Position numbers and translations under genes: made by a program. A stretch of DNA of 64,000 nucleotides. It comes from Antechinus flavipes (lineage: Eukaryota). Location of the stretch: positions 93,930,001 to 93,994,000 of the forward strand of contig NC_067399.1 of the NCBI RefSeq assembly GCF_016432865.1, given 5' to 3'. The notes below the pieces were generated by a model that searched no databases, was not told where the DNA came from, and saw only the letters and a list, made by a program, of their open reading frames with translations. Shown piece by piece: positions 1 through 11,339 of this stretch (position 1 is its first letter; every line of letters begins with the position of its first letter).

Positions 1-314
1 GTGTATGTTGACCCTAGCTTGGACTGTGCCTGAAATCCTAGAAATAATAGCAGGACTCAAGAGGACACAAAACAGAAACAAGTACAGCCCAAATATTGCC
101 TCTAAAGTTCTCAGAGCCTGGCCATAACAAAATTTAGATCAGAAATTAAGACTGGAAAAATGAGTAAGCAAAAAATAATAATAATAATAGGAATCTGACC
201 ATCGATAAATTGGCCAGTTCTTTTATGCTGGCAGGGATGCTCAAATCCAAAAAAGAATGTCTCTAAAACATCTAGAAGTAAAGCCTCGTGCGCCCCCCCC
301 CCCCCCCAAAATAA

Positions 315-351
<37 letters not shown>

Positions 352-710
352 TGGGCATAAATTCAATGGCTAGTCTTGGAAGAGATGAAGCAAGTTTGAA
401 AAAAGTTTAAATGATTTCATAAGTGAAATGAAACTGCTATATACAGAAACCCTCCCTTCCCTGCCAAAAAGAGTAGCTTAGCCATTAGTATCCACTAGAA
501 GCTCCCATCCCTTTGTAAGAACAAGGAATAAGTTACAAATATTAGATGAGTAAATAGGAGAAACATTCCTTACCAAGAGATTAGAGAAGATCCCAGAAAG
601 TGAATGATTTTGATTACATAAAATTCTAAGTTTTTACATAAATGCAATTAAAATTAGGAGAGAACTAGGTAAATGGGGGAAAGTCTGCAGTATGTTTCTC
701 TAACATATAT
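1..710 (+). mobile_element. Degraded old L1 fragments (5'UTR/ORF1-start-like and ORF2-like pieces)
   Basis: ggaaaaATGagtaagcaa resembles the marsupial L1 ORF1 start; ttttgattacataaaatt matches the L1 ORF2 text at about 38743; boundaries approximate. Confidence 0.45.
321..349. repeat. (TA)n microsatellite, preceded by a C-homopolymer at about 293-307
   Basis: Directly visible. Confidence 0.95.
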
Positions 711-730
711 TGTTTTTAATTAAATTATAT

Positions 731-855
731 GGGCAGTTGTTTGGCACAGTTGATAGACTGCCAGCCCTGGAGTCAGGAGGATCTGAATTCAAATTCAGCC
801 TTTAGACACTTCCTAGCCATGTGATGCTGGGCAAGTCATTTAAAAGCCTAATCTC
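731..855 (+). mobile_element. tRNA-derived CORE-SINE (WSINE1/WALLSI-like)
   Basis: gggcag...gagtcaggaggatctgaattcaaat...ctgggcaagtcattt; A/B-box head plus CORE. Confidence 0.75.
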
Positions 856-899
856 CTCCCCCCCCCAAAAAAAAAAAAATCATTATTTTGTTTTTTGTT

Positions 900-1290
900 T
901 TTTCCCAGTCAATACAAGTCCACCATCTTTTCTTCCCGATTATCCCATCCCTTTTAGAAAGAAGAATATATCTTGTTCCTAAAATGTATAGTTATTAAAA
1001 ACAGATTATCAATTTGTTGAAAAAAAAAATTGCAGTCTTCATTCTTGAGATTTATCACTATCAGGATATGTGTAGCATGTTTCATGGCATTGTGGCTGGT
1101 TATTGTGGTGATAGATTACGCCATTGTTATAAGTCATTGTCGTTACACTCACTTTCAGTTCATACAAGTCTACCCAGATTTCTTTGCAGTCATCCCTTTC
1201 TACCCAGTAGCACAATGGTATTTTTTTTATAGTAACATACCATTTTTAGTTATTCCCTCGTTTATTTGCCATTGAGAAAAAGAATTGTTA
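900..1290 (-). mobile_element. Old L1 3' region fragment
   Basis: Resembles the antisense L1 3'UTR; boundaries approximate. Confidence 0.5.
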
Positions 1291-1331
1291 AAGAAGTTAT
1301 TACTATTTATATTAATAACTAATTATGAATT

Positions 1332-1982
1332 TGTGGTCCAGACTTCTCTCTTTTTTTCTCTTTAAGGCCCAGCTCTTGTTAAAGTCAATCCCTGAAGGGA
1401 CATTATTGATTGAGATTGCTTCTAGAGAATTTCTGTTTAGAGTATAAACAAAATCCGTTAGGGTGTAAACCCTTAAGCCTAAATGAAGGAATCCCTGTTC
1501 TTCATCTTCTCCATTCCTTGTTTATCGTGATGCAGCTCATGAAGGAGCAAACAACAGCCAGAGAGAGAGCCCCTTCCCCAGATTGCTGATTGTGAATCTC
1601 ATGATGAAGTCATGTTCTTAGCAGGAGAAGCTGAAGACTTTAAGCCCACCTCTTCATTAAATGTCCCCCAATCAAGGCTACTTTTCACTTGTCAAGGGAA
1701 CACCCTTTCAGAAGGTGATTTAACGGATCTCCCTTGGCATCTTATTACTGAGAGAAAATAATGACCATCAATTTGATTGCCAGCTAGCCCAATTAATAAA
1801 TTGATTATTAATTACCCAGAAACTTTATTTCCTGGGGTTTTCATTCTTTGAATATTTTGGTACAAATGAGTCCTTTCACTAGATCAGAAAGCCTATAAAG
1901 TTTAGTAACTATTATGAGGCATAATATCTTTCCAAAATGACCCGGTCCAGTTAATCTCACCGCTACTGCTTTACTGCTTACA
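1332..1982. mobile_element. Possible old solo LTR interrupting an L1 relic
   Basis: TG...CA ends and non-L1 sequence between collinear L1 pieces; no TSD found. Confidence 0.3.
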
Positions 1983-2535
1983 TTTTCCCACAGTCCCTCT
2001 AGCATATTCCTTGTTTTGGTCAACTTTGGTGGTTTTGTTGGTATAAGTTGCAATCTGAGTTGTTTTAATTTGCTCTTCTCTAATTAGTAATTTAGAACAT
2101 TTTTTAATGTAGCTATTAGGTGACTGTAAGTTCTTTTGACAATAGCTTGTTCATTTATCCTTTGATCAAATCAATTGGGGAAATGGCTTTTGATCTTGTA
2201 AATCTGAATCAGTTCCCTATATAGAAAATGCTGTACAAATAAAACCAATGTGGCCAAGATTAAAGGAAGATTAAAAGGAAAGCAGAAAATTGGAATAAGT
2301 ATCTTGAATATGTAGAGAGCTTTGGCAAATTTATAAGAATATGTCATTCCCCAAATGGTAAATGATCAGAGGATATGAACAGTTATTGGAGGAAAAAAAC
2401 AAAGCTATCTATAGTAATATAAACAATGCTCCAAATCTGTATTGATTAGAGAATTGCAAAATAAAACTACTTAGAGATAGTATCTCACACTTATCAAATT
2501 GGCTAAAATGATAGAAGGGCAAAATGACAGCTGTT
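1983..2535. mobile_element. Two old L1 ORF2 3' fragments in opposite orientation (- 1983-2225; + 2270-2535)
   Basis: Both match the region around ccccaattgataaatggtcaaaggatatgaa of the L1 at 38910-38945. Confidence 0.55.
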
Positions 2536-2849
2536 GATTATATATGTTTGTGTGTGTGTGTGTATATACACGTGTGTGTATATATGTAACAAATTATTTT
2601 CATATGACAGAATATAATTATGTTGTATTTAGTAAAATTACATGTTGAAATATATGTGAATGCTATCTGTAGTCCAGATGTCCCCTTTTATAGATGAAGA
2701 AATTGGTAAGCAGTTTGACTTATATCAATGAGTGGCTCCTTGTGACTTTTAGGATCAAATAGAAAACTCATTGTTTGATATTTGAAGTGTTATAAAAACA
2801 TCTTCTCCCCCTTACCCATTTTAAAGTCTTATATCTTAGTTCTTTCTAT

Positions 2850-3137
2850 TCCCCACTTTACATCTGCAGTCCAGCTACACTGGCTTTCTTGCTGTTCCTC
2901 GAACAAGACAGTCCATCTCTAGGACTTGGGTATTTTCACTGGCTATTTACTTGTGCCTGGAATGCTTTTCCCTCATCTGACTTAACTGACTTCCTTCAAG
3001 TCCTAGCTAAAATCTTATGGAAAAACAGGAAACCTTTCTTGATTCCCTCTTAACTCTAATGTCTTCCTTTTCATTATTTCTTATTTAGCTTCTATATAAC
3101 TTGTTTGTCCATAATTATTTACATAATATTTCTCCCA
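2850..3137 (+). mobile_element. L2 3' region fragment (tail resumes at about 7350-7450)
   Basis: acactggctttcttgctgttcctcgaacaagac...gcctggaatgc is typical of L2 3' ends. Confidence 0.6.
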
Positions 3138-3615
3138 TGTTGTGATGGAAAATTGACCTAGATTGAGGCAATATTTGAGCAAATTGATTTGTTAGCAAGA
3201 CTAGCAGTTGTGTGACATCAGGTCTAAGACTTTAGCAAGTACAAGGACACCATTTGTCAATTAACAAGGCATTCTTATGGTCAGTAGTAAGGAATCAATT
3301 AATTTACACAATCTTGAATAACATAGGCCTTTTCCCTTCTGATTGGATAAGAATTTTATAAATCTTGTGGTTATTACAAGAATGTCATGGACATTCTGTT
3401 GTTCTTACAAGAATATCTCAAAATGTAAAGAACATTTTGTGGTCAGCACACATTTCCGAAATTCCCAGAATCATAATATCTTAATTCCCCATAAATCATA
3501 TGAGTTGATATCAAAGTAGATCCTAGCTTGGAGGATAATCATAATGAAGGAAATCAAAACAAAATGGAGTATTTACAATTCTTGACTCTAACCCTAAATA
3601 CCTCCTATTCTGATT

Positions 3616-6600
3616 ATTTTTCTTTCTTTCTTTCTTTTTAAAATAGCTTTTTATTTGCAAGTTATATGCATGGGTAATTTTATAGCATTGACAATTGCCA
3701 AACCTTTTGTTCCAATTTTTCCCCTCCTTCCCCACATCCCCCCTCCTCTAGATGGCAGGTTAACCAATTCATGTTAAATATGTTAAAGCATAAATTAAAT
3801 ACAATATAAGTATACATGTCCTAACAGTTATTTTGCTGTACAAAAAGAATCGGACTTTGAAATAGTGTACACTTAGCCTGTGAAGGAAATCCAAAATGTA
3901 GGCCGACAAAAATAGAGGGATTGGGAATTGTATGTAGTGGTTCACACTCATTTCCCAGAGTTCTTTCACTGGGTGTAGCTGGTTTAGTTCATTACTACTC
4001 TATTGGAACTGATTTGGTTCATCTCATTGTTGAAGATGGCCAGGTCCATCAGAATTGATCATCATATAGTAATGTTGTTGAAGTATATAATGATCTCCTG
4101 GTCCTGCTCATTTCATTCAGCATCAGTTCATGTAAGTCTCTTCAGGCCTTTCTGAAATCATTCTGCTGGTCATTTCTTACCAAGCAATAATATTCCATAG
4201 TACTCATATACCACACTTTATTCAGCCATTCTCCAGTTAATGGGCATCCACTCAGTTTCCAGTTTCTGGCTACTTCAAAGAGGGCTGCCACAAACATTCT
4301 TGCACATACAGATCCCTTTCCCTTCTTTAAGATTTCTTTGTGATATAAGCTCAGTAGTCCACCAACAGTGTATTAGTGTCCCTGTTTTCCCACGTCCCCT
4401 CCAACATTCCACATTATCTTTCCCTGTCATTCTAGCCAATTGGACAGGTATGTAGTGGTATCTCAGAGTTGTCTTAATTTGCATTTCTCTGATTAATAAT
4501 GACTTGGAATATCTTTTCATATGGCTAGAAATAGTTTCAATTTTCTTCATCTGAGAATTGTCTGTTTATATCCTTTGACTATCAATTGGAGAATAGCTTG
4601 ATTTCTTAGCAATTAGAGGCAATTCTTTATATATTTTGGAAATGAGACCTTTATCAGAACCTTTGACTAAAAATGTTTTCCCAGTTTATTGCTTCCATTC
4701 TAATCTTGTCTGCATTAGTTTTGTTTGTACAAAAACTTTTCAATTTGATATAATCAAAATTTTCTATTTTGTGATCAATAATGATCTCTAGTTCTTTTTT
4801 GGTCATAAATTCCTTCCTCTTCCACAGATCTGAGAGGTAAACTATCCTATGCTCTTCCAATTTATTTATAATCTCATTCTTTATGCCTAGGTCATGAACC
4901 TGTTTTGACCTTGGTATGTATGGTGTTAAATGTGGGTCGTTGCCTAGTTTCTGCCATACTAATTTCCAATTTTCCCAGCAATTTTTGTCAAATAGAGAGT
5001 TCTTGTCCCAAATACTGGGGTCTTTGGGTTTGTCAAACACTAGATTATTAAAGTTATTAGCTGTTTTGTCCTTTGAACCTAACCTATTCCATTGATCCAC
5101 TAATCTATTTCTTAGCCAGTACCTAATGATTTTGGTAACCGCTGCTTTATGATATAATTTTAGATCTGGTACAGCTAGGCCATCTTCATTTGATTTTTTT
5201 TTTTTTCCATTAATTCCCTTGAAATTTTTGACCTTTTGTTTTTCCATATGAACTTTTTTTTCTCCTAGGTCATTAAAATAGGTTTTGGGGAGTCTGATTG
5301 ATAACACTAAATAAATAGATTAGTTTAGGTAGTATTGTCATTTTTATTATATTTGCTCACCCTATCCAAGAGCATTTAATATTTTTCCAGTTGGTTAGAT
5401 CAACTTAATTTGTGTGGAAAGTGTTTTGTAGTTTAGCTTCCCTTGGCAGATAGATTCCAGATTCCTAAATACTTCATACTATCAGTAGTTACTTTAAATG
5501 GAATTTCTCTTTGTAACTCTTAACTGTTGAATTTTGTTAGTGATATAAGTCATGCTGATGACTTATGTGGATTTATTTTGTATCCTACAACTTTGCTAAA
5601 GGTGTGGATTTTCAGCTAACTTTTCAGTAGAATCGCTAGGGTTCTCTAAGTATACCATCATATCATCAGCAAAGAGTGATAATTTGGTGTCCTCATTACT
5701 TACTCTAATTCCTTTAATCCCTTAAGTCTTATTGCCAAAGCTAGCATTTCTAATACAATATTGAATAGTAACGGTGATTCACCCAATAAGATCGGGAATG
5801 GTTGCAGTTTGTCCCCATTACATATGATCCTTACTGATGGTTTTAAATAGATGCTACTGATTATTTTAAGGAAAAGTAAATTTATTCCTATACTCTCAAG
5901 TGTTTTTAATAGGAATGGATGTTGGATTTTATCAAATGCTTTTTCTGTACCTATTGAGATGATCATATGGTTTTTGTTAATTTGATTATTAACATGGCCA
6001 ATTATACTGATAGTTTTCCTAATATTGAACCAGCCCTGCGTTCCTGGCATAAATCCTACTTGATCATGGTGTATTATCCTAGGGATGATTTTCTGTAGTC
6101 TTTTTGCTAATAGCTTATTTAAGATTTTAGCATTAATTTTTCTCTGTTTTCAACCTACCTGGTTTAGATAACAGTACCATGTCTGTGTCATAAAAAGAAT
6201 TTGGTAAGACTTCTTCGTTCCCTATTTTTTCAAATAGTTTATATAGCATTGGGGCTAATTGTTCCTTAAATGTTTGGTAGAATTCACATATAAATCCATC
6301 TGGTCCTGGGGAATTTTTTTTAGGGAGTTGATTAATAGCTTGTTCTATTTCTTTTTCTGAAATGGGACTATTTAAGCAATTTATTTCGTCCTCTGTTAAT
6401 CTGGGAAGCCTGTATTTTTGGAGGTAGTCATCCATTTCACTTAGGTTCTCGAATTTATTGACATAAAGTTGGGCAAAGTAACTCATTATTTCTTTTATTT
6501 CCTCTTCATTGGTGGAAAGTTCTCCCTTTTCATTTTTAAGACTACTAATTTGATTTTCCTCTCTCCTTTTTCTAATCAGATTTACCAAAGGTTTATCAAT

Positions 6601-7332
6601 TTTTTTTTTCATAAAACCAACTCTTAGTTTTATTTATTTGTTCCATAGGTTTTTACTTTCAATATTATTTTCTCCTTTTAATTTTAGAATTTCAAGTTTA
6701 GTAATTGATTGGGAGTTTTTAATTTGGTCTTTTTCTAGCTTTTTAAGTTGCGAGCCCAATTTATTGATCTTCTCTTTTTCTATTTTATTCAAGTAAGCCT
6801 CTAAGGATATAAAATTTCTCCTTATTGCCACTTGGACTGCATCCCACAAATTTTGATATGATATCTCATCGTTGTCATTATCTTAAGTGAAATTATTAAT
6901 TGTGTCTATAATTTGCTGTTTCACCCAATCATATTTAAGATGAGATTATTTAATTTCCAATTACTTTTTGGTCTATTTACCCCTAACTTTTTGTTGAATG
7001 TAGTTTTTATTGCATTGTGATCTGAAAAGAAAGCATTTACTATTTCTGCCTTCCTGCATTTAATTTTGAGGTCTTTATGTCCTAATATATGGTCAATTTT
7101 TGTGTAGGTTCCATGAACTGCTGAGAAGAAAGTATACTCCTTTCTGTCACCATTCATTTTTCTACAAAGATCTATCATATCTAATTTTTCTAATATTCTA
7201 TTTACCTCATTAATTTCTTTCTTATTTGTTTTATGGTTTGATTTATCTAATTCTGAGAGTGCAAGGTTGAGATCTCCCACTATTATAGTTTTGCTGTCTA
7301 TTTCTTCTTGGAACTCTCTTAACTTCTCCTTT
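3616..7332 (-). mobile_element. 5'-truncated L1 (ORF2 from the EN domain to the 3' end, plus 3'UTR), frameshifted, with a 14-bp TSD
   Basis: Antisense ORFs [43 protein letters not shown]; TSD ctcctattctgatt at 3602-3615 and 7333-7346; T-rich tail at the left end. Confidence 0.95.
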
Positions 7333-8521
7333 CTCCTATTCTGATTCTAACCTCTTAATCCTAAGCAGAGACTTTTATTTTTCTTTGAATTCCTGCATTT
7401 TACCACAGTGCCTGAGACAGTAAGTGCTCATAAATGGTTTATTGGCTGATGAGGCTGGGCTCTGAGCGTGGCTACTCTATTTTAGTTATTTGGTGATAAC
7501 TTTTCTCATATTTATTGTTATTAAAGAATATAAACACAAAAATCTAGGATAATTGAGTACTTTGCTTTTTAATAGGATTTTTGAAAATTTCCTCTTCCCA
7601 GTTTTATGGTGCCATTCCTTCCAGATCATTTGGTTAAATAATCTTAGCTAGCTAAAATCTGACATTTCTCAGATAAGTAGCTTGAAGGGAAGTTTGAACT
7701 TCACAACATTATTTAGCTAATTTTGGAAGGATTCTTTTGGCTGCAAATTGCTCATTATCTTTGTGAAGTGTAATCAGTTAGTTCATTGTGAAACCCTCTC
7801 TGTAATTTGACTTAGTTTACCTGTAGAGTCTCTTTGACTAGGTTGATTTTCTAAGATGATAAATGAAGCGAGATATATGAGGTTATGATTGATTGATCAA
7901 CTTTTGTGGCCCAAGAGAATATATAAGATTGTTCTATATCAAAAATTATTCCTATGTCTCTGTAATTTTTGTCTACAAAAAACTTAGTACTCCTAATCTT
8001 TGTTCAGGATTATTTTTCTATCTCCTGAATCTGCTTAATCATAATTAAAACCTTTATGTTTTCTACTTTGTGGTAGAATTATTTGGCAGCAGTAAAGGGG
8101 ATGAGGGGTAGTGTATTAATATTATTTTAACCTGCTGTTATATGCCTAGAAATTATCTAACTCTGAACTGTAGGTTTATACTCATCTCAAAACTTGAAGA
8201 GAAGCCAGAGTGCTTGTTTTGGGTCCATTCAAAATTGGGTCTGTTTTAGGTAATATCCAAAAAACTTGTGGTTTTGGTTCTCCAGTAGTTTGTATTTTGA
8301 CTTTGTCCTTATTTTGTTGATATTTATACTTGTTGATAAATATTAACAAAATTACCTGCATAACCTACTATGTATTTCCTCCCCTAATAACATTTTTGAT
8401 TTTATAAAAAATGTGCTTTCTTAATTTTGAAATAGCACTCATGATTATTAGTAAGACTTCATCATTTCCACATAATTAGTTTCTGGGTACCAACCATGGC
8501 CTTTGAGTAGCTTCACAAATT

Positions 8522-8660
8522 TATCATCATTATTATTATTGTTATTGAGGCAATTGGGGTTAAGTGACTTGCCCAGGGTCACACAGCCAGGACGTGTTAA
8601 GTGTCTGAGATCAGATTTGAATTCAGGTCCTCCTGACTTCAGGGCTGGTGCTCTATCCAC
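8522..8660 (-). mobile_element. WSINE1-like SINE, 5'-clipped, with (AAT)n tail
   Basis: Reverse complement gtggatagagcaccagccctgaagtcaggaggacctgaattcaaat...gggcaagtcacttaaccccaattgcctc. Confidence 0.85.
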
Positions 8661-8893
8661 TTAACAAGCTTAAATTTACTAGTAGGGAGACCATTGTGAT
8701 ATTTGCTATTCAAAAACAAAGAATGTTTTTTCCTTTAATGGTATTTTTTATTCATTGACAATTTCATCTTTTTTATTACTGAATTGTTAACTTTGAAGGA
8801 CTCTTGTAAACAACTTGCATAAAAGCATTAAGGTAAACTGCCTTTAAATGTAATTGGTCCAAATGTTAATTAGCTATCTCCTTTTGATAACAG

Positions 8894-9093
8894 CTCTTGT
8901 GACTTCTCTCCTGGTGATTTGGTTTGGGCCAAGATGGAAGGTTACCCCTGGTGGCCTTGCCTTGTGTATAACCATCCCACTGAAGGAACATTCATCAGAG
9001 AAAGGGGGAAAACTTTCCGTGTCCATGTACAATTTTTTGATGACAATCCAGTAAGGGGCTGGGTTAACAAAAGGCTTGTAAAGCCCTATACAG
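8894..9093 (+). CDS. MSH6: MSH6 coding exon 2 (PWWP domain)
   Basis: cag|CTCTTGT...TATACAG|gtaag; translates [28 protein letters not shown]...VKPYT; 200 nt. Confidence 0.97.
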
Positions 9094-9369
9094 GTAAGAG
9101 ATTGTCTCTTTTAGTGGGAATTGAGCACATTTTTACTTTTAAAAAAAGTATACGTGTTTACATGTGGAATACATAATAGATTTGTAATTTCATGTGCAAT
9201 TAACTTTTTATTATATTGTTACAGAAATGCTTGTTTTATTCTATAAATTAAAAAGAAAACTTTTTTAAAAGTCATACTTGAGTGTAGCTTATTTTCAGTT
9301 CAACTAAATTGTAGGAATGTTCTTTGTAGTATCACTCACTAAAGATTTTGGTATGACAAAGTGAAATTG

Positions 9370-9545
9370 AGGATCATAGTTGTGAAACTGGAAGGAATCA
9401 CCCCTCTCATTTTATAAGATAGGGAATTGAAGCCTAGAAAGTTAAAGTGATGAGTATAGTCACATGGATAGTAGGTACCTGCCAGAGTTAGAATTTGAAC
9501 TCCAAGACTTCAGATTTCCAAATCTGGCCCTTTTCCCACTCTGTC
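9370..9545 (-). mobile_element. Old MIR/Mar1-type CORE-SINE
   Basis: cattttataagatagggaattgaagcctagaaagttaaagtga...gaatttgaactc. Confidence 0.55.
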
Positions 9546-10093
9546 ATTGATCAGAGATTTTGTGTTAAAATAGGATTTCTCTGTTTGCTTTTAATCTTTT
9601 GCAGTTGCATTATATTTTGTTGTTTTTCCTAAAAGAAAAGAGGTTGTAAATTGTTCTATAGACTTCAATGCTCTGATAAGATTAAGAAAAGGGAAGGGAG
9701 GGAGAGAGGAGAGAAATGATTTGGTTTAAAAAAGGAAGACTAAGTAGTGTTAAATTTGTCCTGTTGAACTTGTTTTTAATTTGGATTAGGGACTGCTTGT
9801 GCTTAAGCATTCAGTTCAGAAATAAATGTATTTAAAGAGCCCTTGGCTGGGTTGTTGCCATAACAGCATTACCAATTGCTAGATGACTTCAATAAGTAGG
9901 TACATACTAGATATACACAGAGTAAATGGGAATTGATTTTAACTAAACTTTAGCAGCTGGGGACCAGGAAAAGTCTCCTGCATGTGTTGGAATTTTGAGT
10001 TTGTGAAACTTAAGGGAAACAATAGAAATCAAGAAACAGAGGTAAGCATAGGGCAGATAGTGTTATAATAAGTAGCAGCAAAAGTAGGCCTGT

Positions 10094-10220
10094 AGGGTTA
10101 GTTAGGTGGCACAGTATTGGCTCTGGAATCAGGAGGACCTGAGTTCACATGAGGCCTCAGATGCTTGACACTTGCTAGTTGTGTACTGGGCAAGTCATTT
10201 AGGCCTGATTACCTTGCACA
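10094..10220 (+). mobile_element. CORE-SINE (WSINE1/WALLSI-like)
   Basis: ttaggtggcacagt...tcaggaggacctgagttca...ctgggcaagtcattta. Confidence 0.75.
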
Positions 10221-10299
10221 TACCCCCTCTCCCTTCCCAACCTCTCCAAAAAAAAGTAGACTAGTATAATTAGAATATAGAGTTAATACAGGAGGAAGT

Positions 10300-10680
10300 G
10301 AAGTGTAAGAAGACTGGAAAGGTAGGAACGCATCACATTCTGAAGAACGAACTTTAAATGTCACATTAGAAGCTTTTACATTTGATCTTGGATGCACTAA
10401 GGAGTTGCTGGAATTTATGGAACAGATGGCTGACATGGGTAAATCTACAATTTGGGAAAATCATTTTGACAGTTGAGTGGAGATGGATGGATTAGAATAG
10501 GGACTCACTTGAGGCAGGTTGACTAGTTAGGATTTTATAATTGTCAGGTGATCTCGACTTGAATGAGGATGATAGTTATGAAAAGATATAAATGACATGA
10601 TTTGGCAATGAGAATTTTGGATTGGATATGTGGGGTGAATGAGAGATCCAGGATGACACAGATTGTAAGCTTGATTGATT
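10300..10680 (-). mobile_element. L2 fragment
   Basis: Purine-rich antisense L2 signature (ggagttgctggaattt...gaaaatcattttgacagttgagtggag). Confidence 0.55.
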
Positions 10681-11172
10681 AGGAGCATGGTACCATTTCA
10701 TAGTTCTTAGCTTAATTTGTTTTTTATAATTTAAATTTTCTGGATTTATGTAACTATTAGCACCATACCTCTTTTAATAGATGTCAGTTTAAAACATCTT
10801 TAAATTTATTGTACTGGTAAGTTGGAGTTAAATCATTCACTTTAGGAATAGCATCTTCATTTACAGTACCTAATTTATAAGAAAAGATTCTAAGTAAAGT
10901 TTAATAATTCAGGAAAATAGCTTCATAAATATATTTCCTTTCCTTTTCATTTGAATTTGTACTTGTACGCTGGGTCTGATGCAACTTGACATTTAAAAAA
11001 ATTTTTTTTAAACAGATTTTCTTGAAATTTTTACTTTTGCAAAAGATGTAAAGTTACTTGGAGGATTTACAAGTAAATTTTGCTATTTCAAGTATCTCTG
11101 TTCATTTGCTGAGTAAAATTTGTTCTTAGTCATTTGTCATCAATTCTTATTAGTAAATTTTTTCCTTTTTAG

Positions 11173-11339
11173 GTTCAAAATGTAAGGAAGCCCAGAAAGG
11201 AGGTCCTTTTTATACTGCAAAGCCTGAAATACTCAGAGCAATGCAACTGGCAGATGATGCCATAAGTATAGAGAAGAGTAAGCGGCTTGAATTAGCAGTA
11301 TGTGATGAGCCTTCAGATCCAGATGAGGAGGAGATGGAG
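11173..11339 (+). CDS. MSH6: MSH6 coding exon 3
   Basis: ttttag|GTTCAAAA...GATGGAG|gtagt; [29 protein letters not shown]...[18 protein letters not shown]; 167 nt, phases fit exons 2 and 4. Confidence 0.95.

Noticed and set aside
900-2535. Possible twin-primed (5'-inverted) single L1
   Set aside because: The two opposed pieces cover the same roughly 200-nt L1 region rather than adjacent regions, and no TSD was found. Two independent old insertions are simpler.
3138-3600. Possible LTR between the L2 body and the L1
   Set aside because: It starts with TG and has LTR-like composition, but I could not find a matching CA end with a TSD, so it is not called.
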